A DNA stretch of 63,376 nucleotides, the filler included, from Stramenopiles sp. TOSAG23-2 (lineage: Eukaryota), in NCBI GenBank assembly GCA_900128395.1. It is 13 parts of 13 records of this genome, joined end to end, with 100 filler letters (N's around TTAATTAATTAA, not from the genome) between each part and the next. Parts side by side here need not be neighbours in the genome. Positions count along the whole stretch, not along the records: positions 1 to 5,444 come from LT650667.1; positions 5,545 to 10,982 come from LT650668.1; positions 11,083 to 16,507 come from LT650669.1; 10 more parts are not named here. One strand, given 5' to 3'. Positions 1-11,642 of this stretch are shown in pieces. Both the position numbers and the translations under genes were made by a program. Every line of letters begins with the position of its first letter. Position 1 is the first letter of the stretch. The notes beneath the pieces are model-generated. The model searched no databases, was not told the DNA's origin, and saw nothing but the letters and a program-made list of their open reading frames with translations.

Positions 1-1404
1 GCTTCCTCAGATTCTGATTATCGTCGAAGAAGGAAAAAGAAAAGTAAACGTAGAGGTCGTCATCATAGTAGTAGTAGAAGTAGATTAAAAAAATCATCAA
101 GTCGTAGTAGAAGAAAAAAATATAAAAAGAGTCATAAAAAAAGTAGTAGTAGATCACGTAGATCATTGCGATATAATAGTGAGGATAGTTATAGTAGTGG
201 TGAAGAAGATGATGATGAATATAGTAGAAACAACCATAAAACGAAAAGTAGAAAACCAAAACGTCCACATGGTGGTAAAAAAGCACACGGTGGAAAATAC
301 CATGGACGTAAAGTACGTAAAAATGGAGATATGGATCAATCCAGCACAGAAATAACAGATAGAAAAACATTACGCAAGTTGAATCAGGAAAAACGCAATG
401 CAGCTGTACGAAAAATTCAAGCACTTGCACGAATGTGGTTAGCAAGAAAACAATGGTTAGGTTTATCCACTGAAATTTTATTTGGATGGAGAAAAGCAGG
501 TTTAATGATTGTTGATGATTTAGTAGAAGAAGTTGTAGTAGATGGTTTAATACCGGATGTATTAATAGAAATATTTTCACATGCAGGTGGTCGTGGTGAT
601 CCATTCGCTACAAATCCTATGGAGGATCGAGTTGCTTGGGGTGTTTATAATATGTTGGTTGATGAAGTTGTAGAGGATTTAACGACGGTCGTAGTGAAAA
701 AAGAAGTTCGATCATTTGTTACATCGTATTTACAAGCAAAGGAGGAAAGAAAAGATCAATATGATCCAATAGAACAATGTTCTCGCATTGTATTGACTGA
801 TTCATTAACTGAATTTGTCAACGAAATAGTGAAAGAATCTGTTTCATCCATGGTTAGCGAGTATTTATTTCTTCAAAATTACGAAGAGTTTTTACATGCT
901 TCATTAGATCCAATATTAAAAGAAGTTGTATATGATTCGATATACGATTTTAATATAGAAACATACGTTGAAGGAATGTTAGATGATTTGTTCCGTGAAA
1001 CATGTACGGAAATTGCAAAGGAATCTATGGTGGAATTAAAAGATATAATACATCAAGAACGTCTTGCGACGCAATATAGTATTATATCAAAAACATCAGA
1101 GCGTATTGTGGAAACGATGGCATTACGTATGTTAGCATTAACACTTGCAACAAATGGTGAAACTATTATTATGAAAGATAGAATGTCACGATTGTTGGAC
1201 ACAATGGTGATACGTGGAATATATTCCAAATTAACTCGTGTTGAACGTGTAGAAAAAGGTTTACAAGAAAATGTTGTATTAAGACATTTACATCAAGAAT
1301 TAACTGCTAATATTGGTATTGATGTGTTGTTAGGAGATTTAAAACAACAATTAGCAATAGACGAAGCACGTATAGATGCAGAAGAGATGAAACGATATAC
1401 GTAA
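1..1404 (+). CDS. IQ-motif protein with Arg/Ser/Lys-rich N-terminus and helical C-terminus; 5'-partial
   Basis: Frame is open from base 1 to TAA at 1404; IQ motif IQALARMWLARK. Confidence 0.75.
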   Translation, partial: ASSDSDYRRRRKKKSKRRGRHHSSSRSRLKKSSSRSRRKKYKKSHKKSSSRSRRSLRYNSEDSYSSGEEDDDEYSRNNHKTKSRKPKRPHGGKKAHGGKYHGRKVRKNGDMDQSSTEITDRKTLRKLNQEKRNAAVRKIQALARMWLARKQWLGLSTEILFGWRKAGLMIVDDLVEEVVVDGLIPDVLIEIFSHAGGRGDPFATNPMEDRVAWGVYNMLVDEVVEDLTTVVVKKEVRSFVTSYLQAKEERKDQYDPIEQCSRIVLTDSLTEFVNEIVKESVSSMVSEYLFLQNYEEFLHASLDPILKEVVYDSIYDFNIETYVEGMLDDLFRETCTEIAKESMVELKDIIHQERLATQYSIISKTSERIVETMALRMLALTLATNGETIIMKDRMSRLLDTMVIRGIYSKLTRVERVEKGLQENVVLRHLHQELTANIGIDVLLGDLKQQLAIDEARIDAEEMKRYT

Positions 1405-1633
1405 AAATGTGTGTGTGTGTGTGGCAGTCATAATATTAATATATATCATATATATATATATGATACATGTGTGTTTTATGTGTTGTTAGGAGATTTAAAA
1501 CAACAATTAGCAATAGACGAAGCACGTATAGATGCAGAAGAGATGAAACGATATACGTAAAAATGTGTGTGTGTGTGTGGCAGTCATAATATTAATATAT
1601 ATCATATATATATATATGATACATGTGTGTTTT
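1322..1633. repeat. 156-bp tandem duplication (likely assembly artefact)
   Basis: 1322-1477 is repeated at 1478-1633 and includes the gene's stop codon. Confidence 0.9.
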
Positions 1634-1721
1634 TTACAAAAAATTTACGTTCGTATTTAATATTATATATTTTACATTTTTTTTAAAACACTTTCTTTTT
1701 ATTTTTTCATTTCTATATCAT

Positions 1722-2037
1722 ATTCTCTCTCTCTCTCTTTCAACCATCTAATCTTCAGGCAATCTTGGTGTTAATAATAGACTATAAATACAACCAATGA
1801 AAAGCCCATAACCAAAAATACTTTTCAAAGCTTGTTGACTATTTTTCATACTACTTTTTTTCATTAATTCTTGATTATGATTCTCTCTCTCTCTCTTTCA
1901 ACCATCTAATCTTCAGGCAATCTTGGTGTTAATAATAGACTATAAATACAACCAATGAAAAGCCCATAACCAAAAATACTTTTCAAAGCTTGTTGACTAT
2001 TTTTCATACTACTTTTTTTCATTAATTCTTGATTATG
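1722..2037. repeat. 158-bp tandem duplication (likely artefact)
   Basis: 1722-1879 is repeated at 1880-2037. Confidence 0.9.
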
Positions 2038-2548
2038 TTTTGATAAATTTAATTCTAATAAACCTACTGTACAACCAGATATAAAACCACCAGTAAAATC
2101 ATTCAGCTTATCTGTCTTCCTCCTAGCTTTTTCAACACTACATGCAACTGTTTTCGTAACACCAAAAATAACAAAAATTGGCAATGAATTTAAAAGACAC
2201 GAGACGCCAAACCTACCAACAGGTGTTTTCCCTATAAATTTAAATGTTGGACTATTTGAAATATTCCCAAGTTGTGAAAATACTTTTGAATCATTAAAGA
2301 CAATGGTCCATATCGTTCCATAAAATGCACTATGTATGCAACTCTCCACGAGATAGCTGGAGCACGGCCCAGGATACGATTGTTTCCTTATATCAAATCT
2401 TCCCAAGTTGTGAAAATACTTTTGAATCATTAAAGACAATGGTCCATATCGTTCCATAAAATGCACTATGTATGCAACTCTCCACGAGATAGCTGGAGCA
2501 CGGCCCAGGATACGATTGTTTCCTTATATCAAATCGTTGATAGCTCAT
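1906..2548 (-). CDS. Tim17/Tim22/Tim23-family membrane protein
   Basis: Motif CSVEKARRKTDKLNDFTGGFISG plus Gly-rich TM segments. Removing the 136-bp duplication (2264-2399/2400-2535) gives a start MSYQRFDIRK at ATG 2548. Confidence 0.75.
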
Positions 2549-2792
2549 CTTATTTTGTATCTCTCTCTCTTTATATATTTCTCTGTAACGTTCTATCTTT
2601 TTCCATCTACTCTATAGAAATACTGAAAAATTATTTTTTAAAATATAAATATATATAAATTGCTTTTGCACTTTTCATGAAAATAATTGTTTGTTCGATT
2701 TCGGCGCAGCACCTATCAAATGACGACTATATTTATACGTAATTTGTACTGGATCAGTGTTGACGACCGCAATAGTGCTCCTCGAAACCTTA

Positions 2793-2981
2793 AAAACTGT
2801 ACACTTACAAATTAACGCTATTCACTATGGGAAATAAATAAATATATATATATATCGTTTTCTAAAATACCAATTTTATTATTTTTCATGTGTAAAAAAA
2901 ATAGCAAATATATCCGAAAATATTAGAAAAAAATGATGAATATTTCCCCCATAGTGAATAGTGTTAAATGTGTACAGTTTT
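2793..2981. mobile_element. MITE-like element with ~42-bp imperfect terminal inverted repeats
   Basis: AAAACTGTACAC..CTATTCACTATGGG..AAATA (2793-2836) versus its reverse complement at 2941-2981; no ORF. Confidence 0.55.
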
Positions 2982-3029
2982 GTCACGTGGTTTAGCAGGC
3001 CTTAGGGCAGGGTAGCACTGCGACCCTTA

Positions 3030-3430
3030 CCTAATCGGGTCCATTATCCATAAAAGTGATGCGCCTACACAGCACTGGTTATTTTTTATTACGAATAACC
3101 AGTACTGTGTACCTGTTAATCCGGAAATCGGTAGGAAAATATCATATATTGAAGTATAATAATTTGTAGTCTAAATCACAGAATAAAATATTACTGTAGA
3201 ATTGTCGCTTTTGCAACTTTTCATTGTAATTTTGCATCAAAACCTCTAAATTGAAGTAAATTAAGGTAATATTTTATTCTGTGATTTAGACTACAAATTA
3301 TTATACTTCAATATATGATATTTTCCTACCGACTTCCGGATTAACAGGTACACAGGACTGGTTATTCGTAATGAAAAATAACCAGTGCTGTGTAGGCGCA
3401 TCACTTTTATGGAAAATGGACCCGATTAGG
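3030..3430. mobile_element. Fold-back/MITE-like element with 165-bp inverted arms
   Basis: 3030-3194 is the reverse complement of 3266-3430 with 4 mismatches by eye and a 71-bp spacer; each arm contains its own hairpin. Confidence 0.75.
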
Positions 3431-3843
3431 CCTGTAGACACCGTGGATCTTAAAAAAAAGAAGAACAATTTTATGATGGTTAAAATCTAAAGTTATGAAA
3501 TAATAATTTTAATTTTAAATTTCTTGTACAACCGGTTTTTTTGAGAGAGGACTTCCAAGGGACAAATAAAATTTTATAATCTCCTAGTGCCAGTGAGGTG
3601 AAAATAAGAGAGTTATATATCCCAAGGAAGGGTCCTTGCTGATATAACTAAAAGCATTTCGTCAAAGAGAGATGTATTGATACTATCGCATCGTGTTGGT
3701 AGAGTAATATCGTGGTCCTTTTGTCAAATCCACATTTTAAAAAAGTATATTTCATTTACTTCGTTTTTTTTTTGAAATTATTTACTCCGTCTAAATTCCT
3801 ACTCTCTCCAAAAGAACGATATAGCCAAATATCTCATACACCA

Positions 3844-5444
3844 TTACCAACAATCACCGCCATCAAATTGACATGCAGCTGAATTACATTCTCGATCACA
3901 CTCCTTATCATCCAAGACACTGTCTTGGCAATAAATAGAACACTGTTCTTCACACCCAGCACCCTCTTTCTGTTTCACAATATCTTGAATTGTTTTACTA
4001 GCAACATTATCAATCCATCCATTTGTACACACGGGGTTACCATGAAAATATACATATTCAAGGGCGCTCAGTAATCCAAATTCATTAGGTAGCTTCACAA
4101 TTGCATTATTTCTGAGATCAATTTCATTAAGCCTTGTCAGCTCCCCAATTTCAATGGGTATTGTTGTAATGTTGTTATTATTATTTGCTCTGAAGTATTG
4201 AAGGCTTGTCATTAGTCCAATATCAGCGGGAATAGATTTTAGGAGGTTCCCATCCACTGCAAGAGTCACCAGTTTCAAAGCGAAAATTCCAATAGGCAAG
4301 TTGGTCAAACTGTTGTTACTTAGAAATACTTGACTTAAAGATTTAGACTTCTCAATTGATGATGGGATATTTGTAATATTGTTATTATCTAGTTCCAACA
4401 AAAACACATATTCATTACCCCAAACACGATCCGGTAATGTATTCAATACGTTATTTTCTAATTTCAATTTATTATATTTCATTTTCCCCAGACCATCTGG
4501 AACTTTAATCAATTTGTTGTAACTCAAATCTAATTCGCTAACTTTGTCAAATTTTATATCAATATTGGAAGGAATTTCTTGTAACGGGCCATGATTCATT
4601 CGCATCACTTTCAATGCATTCATCTTATATATTTCACTTGGAAATTCTGTCCAATTATGCTTTCGTACATTTAAAACAACACAATTACATGTTGGTGTAA
4701 AAATGGTTCCGCAAAATGGTGTTTTAACTGCACAACTTTCCCATAACGTTTCTTCGCATGTTACAGACGAAATCAAAGCTAACTGTACTATTGATACAAT
4801 TAAAAATAAAATACCAAATGTAAATTTGCATATACCAGCGCCAAGATGAACATAATATGGAACAGCCAGTTGTTGTTGCTCGCCAATTTCATAATGACTT
4901 AATCCTCGAAACAAACTTTTCCGTCTTCTACTTTCTCTTGTAGCAGCTTGTTCTTGTGCTTTTAACGTTGCTGAAGCTGTACGAGATCGAATGATTTCTT
5001 CTAAAATGGTGTCTAATTTCATTAATATTGTAAATGCAGGATAGATACTAACTTGCATCATTTCTTCTATTGATATTGGAACTCGGTATCCAAACCACAT
5101 AATCATCAATGGCAAAGCAATACATAAACAATCTACTAATGTATCAATGATAATTTGCCTGTCTCTTCTATTTGGATCATTTTTTCGTACCATAAAGCTA
5201 ACTGTATGAAAACAATCGATGCTGAGAACGATACATAAAATCGATGTTGCTTCTATCGGCAACGAACAAGTGTAAACTGTAAATAAATTATTTATTTGAT
5301 TAATAGACTCAAATATTTCTGACGTATATAATTGAAACAAATAATATTTTCCAAATATTTGAAAATCATTGTATCTTGTTTTTGCTTTTTGAAAACATGA
5401 ATTTGTGTTGGTGCTGTTTTCTTTATTTTCAATTTTTCTTTCTT
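3844..5444 (-). CDS. Multi-TM protein with LRR array and C-terminal LNR (Notch-like) Cys repeat; 5'-partial
   Basis: Hydrophobic N-terminal segments, repeated LxxLxLxxNxL, terminal CDRECNSAACQFDGGDC. Confidence 0.85.
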
Positions 5445-5544
5445 NNNNNNNNNNNNNNNNNNNNNNNNNNNNNNNNNNNNNNNNNNNNTTAATTAATTAA
5501 NNNNNNNNNNNNNNNNNNNNNNNNNNNNNNNNNNNNNNNNNNNN
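5445..5544. other. Artificial contig linker (N44-TTAATTAATTAA-N44), 12 copies in the window
   Basis: Further copies start at 10983, 16508, 22030, 27552, 33072, 38588, 44102, 49613, 55115, 60614 and 61996; the core has stops in all six frames. Confidence 0.98.
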
Positions 5545-6364
5545 GGAAGCAATGGTTGAGGAATTAAATATGAAATTGGCGCAGCGGTAAAAATATGGTA
5601 TGGTCAGAGAGAGAAAGAGAGGCCGACTTTTATAGAGAGTGTCATAAATTTTTAAAAAATCACACACACCATATTAACGCGGTGTTTAATATATAAAAAA
5701 TTAAAGAGTTCACCTTTTCTACCTTCTCTCATTTCCAAATACGCACACACATGTACGTTTTGCATCTCTCTCTCCCCCTTTGCAATCTCACACGCGTTGT
5801 ACATTCCTTTGCCACTTCAATCCTCATTCGGGGTCATCATAAATAAACAATAAATGAACGTGATGCAAATACATAGATCCGCAATCGGAGGTGAAATCTT
5901 AATCTGGAAATCCAATAGCAAATATCAAAAAAATTAAGATGACATCAATGATACTATATTCTGGTGCTTTCAATGCCTTAGATTACCAACATGCCCATTT
6001 TGGTATATCTAGTTTTGTATATATCCGAATAAGTTTCAATGATAAGGAGGCATTTTTATCAGTGCTATCTCCATGCTAAAAAATTTATATAGCTCAGGGA
6101 TAGCCAAAAACAGGTATTCCTACAAGTATAATTATGGCGATTTTAACCCTAATTTTAACACTCTGTAAAGGGAGAAAATATACATACACGGAAAAACATA
6201 TCCATATTACGACAAAAAAAAGGATTTATAGAAAAGTATATATCGTAGAAAATATTGCCATCTATTATACATATTAGTAGTAGTAAACAATTTAATACCA
6301 AAATAAGATTTGTGTCAGAAATATTTATTAGTAAATAAATAGTATAATATACAACAACAACAAG

Positions 6365-7413
6365 ATGGGTATCATTGGATCACGTGATGAACTTCGTGGA
6401 AATTTTGATAATTTAGCAATTGGAGTTGCTGTTCCTTTCGTTGGCCGGGCAGTTGGTAATTTTATATTTATGGGTATCATTGGATCACGTGATGAACTTC
6501 GTGGAAATTTTGATAATTTAGCAATTGGAGTTGCTGTTCCTTTCGTTGGCCGGGCAGTTGGTAATTTTATATTTAAGAAAATGTTAAATGCTGGATGTAA
6601 AGAATGTTGTGGAAAAACAACAGATGAATTAAAGGAAGTATTGAATCCGATGGCAGGTGATGGGGATAGTGGGGTTACTTGGGGTAAAATTGTTGGTAGT
6701 ATCGATAAAAATTTAGGCCTAGAATTAGATAAAAATATAGATGTTGAAGATGATATTAGTTGGACGAAAGCAGCAGATGCACGAGGTTTGAACAAGTGTG
6801 CCGCATATTTAATTTCTACTATTGTCTTAATTTTTTGGCATTGGTTGCAACCTTTTCTATATTGGTTGTGTTTGTATTTATATTGGGATTTATTAGATGG
6901 AGGGCAACGAATGCTTGGTTGTGTAGTAGCATTTCGTGAATTAATTTACTGGTTGTTAACAGTTATTGGTCTATTTACAAATCCTGCATATTTACTCATT
7001 GATATTAAAGGGGACGAATGCTTGGTTGTGTAGTAGCATTTCGTGAATTAATTTACTGGTTGTTAACAGTTATTGGTCTATTTACAAATCCTGCATATTT
7101 ACTCATTGATATTAAAGGGGATGGTGCATATGCAATGTTTGTATATATATTAGCACCCGAAAAATATGTATATTTAGCAGCAGTACGTAATTTAAAGATA
7201 CCGTGTAATAGTAAATTTGATAGAGTAGATGGTGCATTTATACTTATGATTCTTGATGTGTTTGGGATTGCCGCATTAGGTAGTGCAATTAAAAGTGGTA
7301 ATATGTATCCTGCAATGATGATTGGATATATTTTAACATCGTTATTTGCGATTTGGTTGGTATGGAGAGGAGTTTATAAAATTTATACGCATAAATATTG
7401 GTCGACACTTTGA
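6365..7413 (+). CDS. Uncharacterised multi-pass membrane protein; one gene split by duplications
   Basis: ORFs 6365-7033 and 7018-7413 merge once the 105-bp (6365-6574) and 107-bp (6907-7120) duplications are collapsed; several TM segments. Confidence 0.75.
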
Positions 7414-7887
7414 TGTGATATGTGGTATATACGAAAATGGTTTTGTAAATCGTACTCGTACGAGCGTTCGTAACAAATAAAAAGAAAGCGACAGGAAAGT
7501 ACTAATGTTTGAAGAATTTAAAATTTGGTATATAAATACGAACTTCGTATTTTTATATGAAATTTTGTACGAGAGGTATCACATGATACCACAAAAAGTT
7601 TTTTTCGTCGTTTTATTATAACAGGACACACTATTTTAGTACGTAAAATTATTATATATAAAATTGCCATAATTTTTAAAATATTATATGATATATTATA
7701 TATACTGTGTGTGATAAAAATTTTTATTTTTATATATATATATATATATTTTTTTTTATTTTTTTTTTTATAAAAAAAAGAACAAAAAAAATACTTCGTC
7801 GTACGAACTTCGTAATTATAAATTTGTATCTCTCCTTTACTCTTTTCTCAAACATCGCTGGCACACAGCATTTTCACTTTTCCCTCT

Positions 7888-9826
7888 TCATTTTTGATTC
7901 TCGTTCCAAAAATTCTTGGCTTTTTCTGGAACATTATCTTCTCTTTCCAGATTTACCAAAGGTATATTGCTATAATTTGATGAAGGTATAATTTTTGTTA
8001 ATTGCTGTTTCTTCTTCTTCTTCTTTTCAACATGATGATCCATTTTCTTTTCAGCAGATGATTTGTCGTTTGATTTGTCATGTTTTTTACCCATCAAAAT
8101 TCTTATCATTCGTGCCTCCTCTCTAGATTTATTAACCTCCTTGTCAAACTGTAACATGGCAATTTCTATTTGATCATAGTGTGCAGCAGCTTTTTCCTCT
8201 AGTTCTCCTTTTGCTTTAAACTCTTCTTGTTGCTCTTTTGACATTTTTAAGTACATACATACATCTTTTCCCAATTCTACATTTGTTGCAGTAAAAAAGT
8301 TTTTCAAACGGGCCACCAATTTCACGTTTCCAATAAAGAACCAAATTTGGCCTTCTTTCAACATAATCCGTTGGACATTTTTCAACACATGTACCATTAT
8401 GTAAGTACCGATTATGTAAACATTGTTTACATTCACCTGTTGCTGCTTTCCATTGGCAATACGATGTCTGGGAATACGCATCTTGTGTAAGACAAGTAAA
8501 CATAACCATGATAAACAAACAATGCAAACGCCTTTTACATATTTTATTTGATTTTGTAAAAGTAGTCCAAATCAATAACGATTTTCTTTTTTTCATTAAT
8601 AAATCAGCATGATAACAAAGTAATACGAGTAGTATTAAAACAAGTATCCCAATTGCTATTAGTGAATGTGTTGTTGCAAATCCTTGCGTTAATGATAATA
8701 ATAATGAAACAAACGTTTTTTGTTCCTTTTCGTCACCATTAATAAGTTTACTAGCGATGATAGTATCAAAAACTTTTTTTTTTCGTTTCTTTTTTTTTTG
8801 CACCTTTTTCATTGTTTTTTTGAAAAAGTTAAGGTAGTTTTTTGTTTGTGCCAATTTAAGGTTTTTGTTCAACTCTTCCTCCTCGAAAAAATATTTCATA
8901 ACAACAAACAACGAAAAATTGTCATCGAATCTCGTTTTTCCCTCATGCTCATCCCTCCAAATCAATGGAATGTACTGGTACACAAGTGCGTACCATCGGT
9001 ATCCAAGAACAAAATCACCTTCTCCCTCTTTTCCAGATACCTCATTTTTCGCCGTGATAATCTCTTTCTCACGCGACATCTCCATCGACAAACCCAAATT
9101 GAAATATCGATCTAACAATAAACTTATCCTATTCAACCTTTGGAACCGATCATTTTTTTTTTGGAACCGATCATTTTTTCTTCGATTTTTCTCCGTTTCA
9201 TCGTGACTATAATACGACAGTCCTGTCGTAAATATACCAGGTAACGACAAATTCAATTCTTCGCATTCATCATCAACAATGAATATCGATCGATTATCAT
9301 TATCATCTTCGGCATAACCATTAACATTCCCACCAATTAATATCGCATTACGTAATGTTAATTTAGCATTTTTATTTTTTGAATAAAAATGATATTTTTT
9401 TATTCCAGTAGTTATTATCATTAAATCATCCATATCGTTGTTATTATTAATAATATCAACAATTTCTAACGTATTAGATGGAATAACATGTTTACTTCCT
9501 GATGACATACAAGAACTTGAACGTGTCAATGTTCCCGCATTTGTGATTGTTGCACAATTCCACTCACCAATATTTAGTTGGCAACCTGATGCATCTACCA
9601 CGTTGTTTACGTAAATTTGTTGATTGCTTGCACATTTTTTCGTTTGACTTATAACATAATCATTAGGATATTCATCCATAAATGTAGTATTGTACAAATG
9701 TAACTTATGTTGATATTCTTGACAAACATCATTGTTTTCATCACAATATTGACAATCTTGATGGCATGCAGCATGTACAACTGCGAGGAGAGTGAAACAT
9801 ATGAACATACGTTTTACTATAAACAT
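7888..9826 (-). pseudogene. Mosaic, degenerate surface-protein gene with furin-like Cys repeats and probable frameshift
   Basis: Signal peptide; one intact Cys repeat (CKQCLHNRYLHNGTCVEKCP) and one decayed copy (CQEYQHK..FMDEYP); a coiled-coil tail continues in another frame (7888 to about 8270). Confidence 0.5.
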
Positions 9827-11422
9827 TTTGTTTTTTTTTTTTCTTTTCAGTTTCCAGGTATTTCAGGTATAATAGTATAAGTGCTTTCGGTATATATATA
9901 TATTTGCAACAACTAATATAAAAATTTTTCAATTGTTCGTATAAGTTCGATTATTTTCAATTTAATGAAATACTTTTCAATCGTTTCCTTTCTTTCAATT
10001 AAAGGATATATAAACGTAATTGTTTGAGATTCCTTTTTGCAATGTGATGTATATATATGTTTCGAGTAGATGTTAGTTTGTTTGTCTATTTGGTATATAT
10101 ATATATGGTTTGGGATAAATCTTTATAGGAATATTTGTTGCTTTAACTATATGAATAAGTATAAAATATATACTGTAAACTTCGAGGATGTGCACAGTCG
10201 ATCTTCTAAACCTAAATTACATTTGTTTAATATATGGAAATATCATTGTTGGTGTGAAAATCAGAGCGATCGCTAGTCTCTAGTTGCAGGTGTTCTAATT
10301 TTTACAACCATTCGTTATCGTAACAATTTTATACTACGTCAATAAATTTTGGTAAAATTGAGAAACAAATTGGATTGTCAATTTATAATATTAGATTACT
10401 GATATAATAGAAATAAATCAAACGTATGTTGTACGTTTTGTTCATATTTTTGCATGATTTAAATGCCCTTGCGCATGGGTTCCGCGGGCTAGATTGAGAA
10501 AAAAGTATCAAATATGCCAGAATATTTTATGACAAATCGAAATCGTGTGTCAATTAAGGTATAATAATAAAATTGTCAAAAGATGATTTAGAAAAATCCA
10601 AAACTAAAAGAAAAACATTGTCACGAAATGAAAATGAAAAAAAGACACGTGCGGAGAAGAAAGAGTTTTCTACACTAGCAGTCTTAGACAACAGTCTTTT
10701 TACAAAATGCTTGTGTGAACAAGGAACATTGTGCATAAATTGTCTCTCTAAAGAATATTTCTATACAATTGTGTGCGTGTTAAAAGTGTCGTAATTGATT
10801 TTCGTCGTAAAATTTGATGTGCGTGTGTTCCTTATGTTTTTAAAAATAAAATTTCTTTTTGGGGTATGCATATTTCTTTTTGTAAAATTTTTATCCCTCT
10901 CTCTCTCACACACCCCTCCCTCCCTCATCAAGTAACCAACAATTTATCAGCAAACGATGTTAATGATATAGCTAATGCTTGGNNNNNNNNNNNNNNNNNN
11001 NNNNNNNNNNNNNNNNNNNNNNNNNNTTAATTAATTAANNNNNNNNNNNNNNNNNNNNNNNNNNNNNNNNNNNNNNNNNNNNTTCTATGTTGGGAAGGTT
11101 GGTTAAGGACTGCGGATTAGTTGGGAAAGTTTTAACATTGTATAATCTGGTAATAATAGTACCAGGTACTATTAATACATCGATATTGTGATTTGTGCTT
11201 TCCAGCTTTAGTAGAATAAAAAAGAAATATATACAAAAGGAGGAGGTATAATAAGCATTATAAGTATAAGTATTATACCAGGTACTATAATATAATACAT
11301 GTAGTAGTACCAGGTACTATTAATATAATATCTACTCACGACGACACCAACAACAATAATAAATAATAAATAATAATAATATAGTAAAATTAAAAATGAT
11401 ATATATACAATATAATAACAGT

Positions 11423-11638
11423 GTATTAATATAACTTTATGCCATAAATAATACATCTAAATCACGATTGTCATCACCATGTATTGATTAGTAATTTGGA
11501 ATTACAGCGTGTCTTTGTAACTTTGTGAAAGTATTAATATAACTTTATGCCATAAATAATACATCTAAATCACGATTGTCATCACCATGTATTGATTAGT
11601 AATTTGGAATTACAGCGTGTCTTTGTAAATTTGTGAAA
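11423..11638. repeat. 108-bp tandem duplication with one SNP
   Basis: 11423-11530 versus 11531-11638; C at 11521 versus A at 11629. Confidence 0.9.
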
Positions 11639-11642
11639 AATT

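Noticed and set aside
5445..5544. Regularly spaced TTAATTAATTAA motif about every 5.5 kb
   Set aside because: Artificial linker within N runs; the spacing reflects length-sorted contigs.
6087..6120. tRNA A-box-like TAGCTCAGGGATAG
   Set aside because: No T-loop or B-box and no cloverleaf; no tRNA or rRNA was found in the window.
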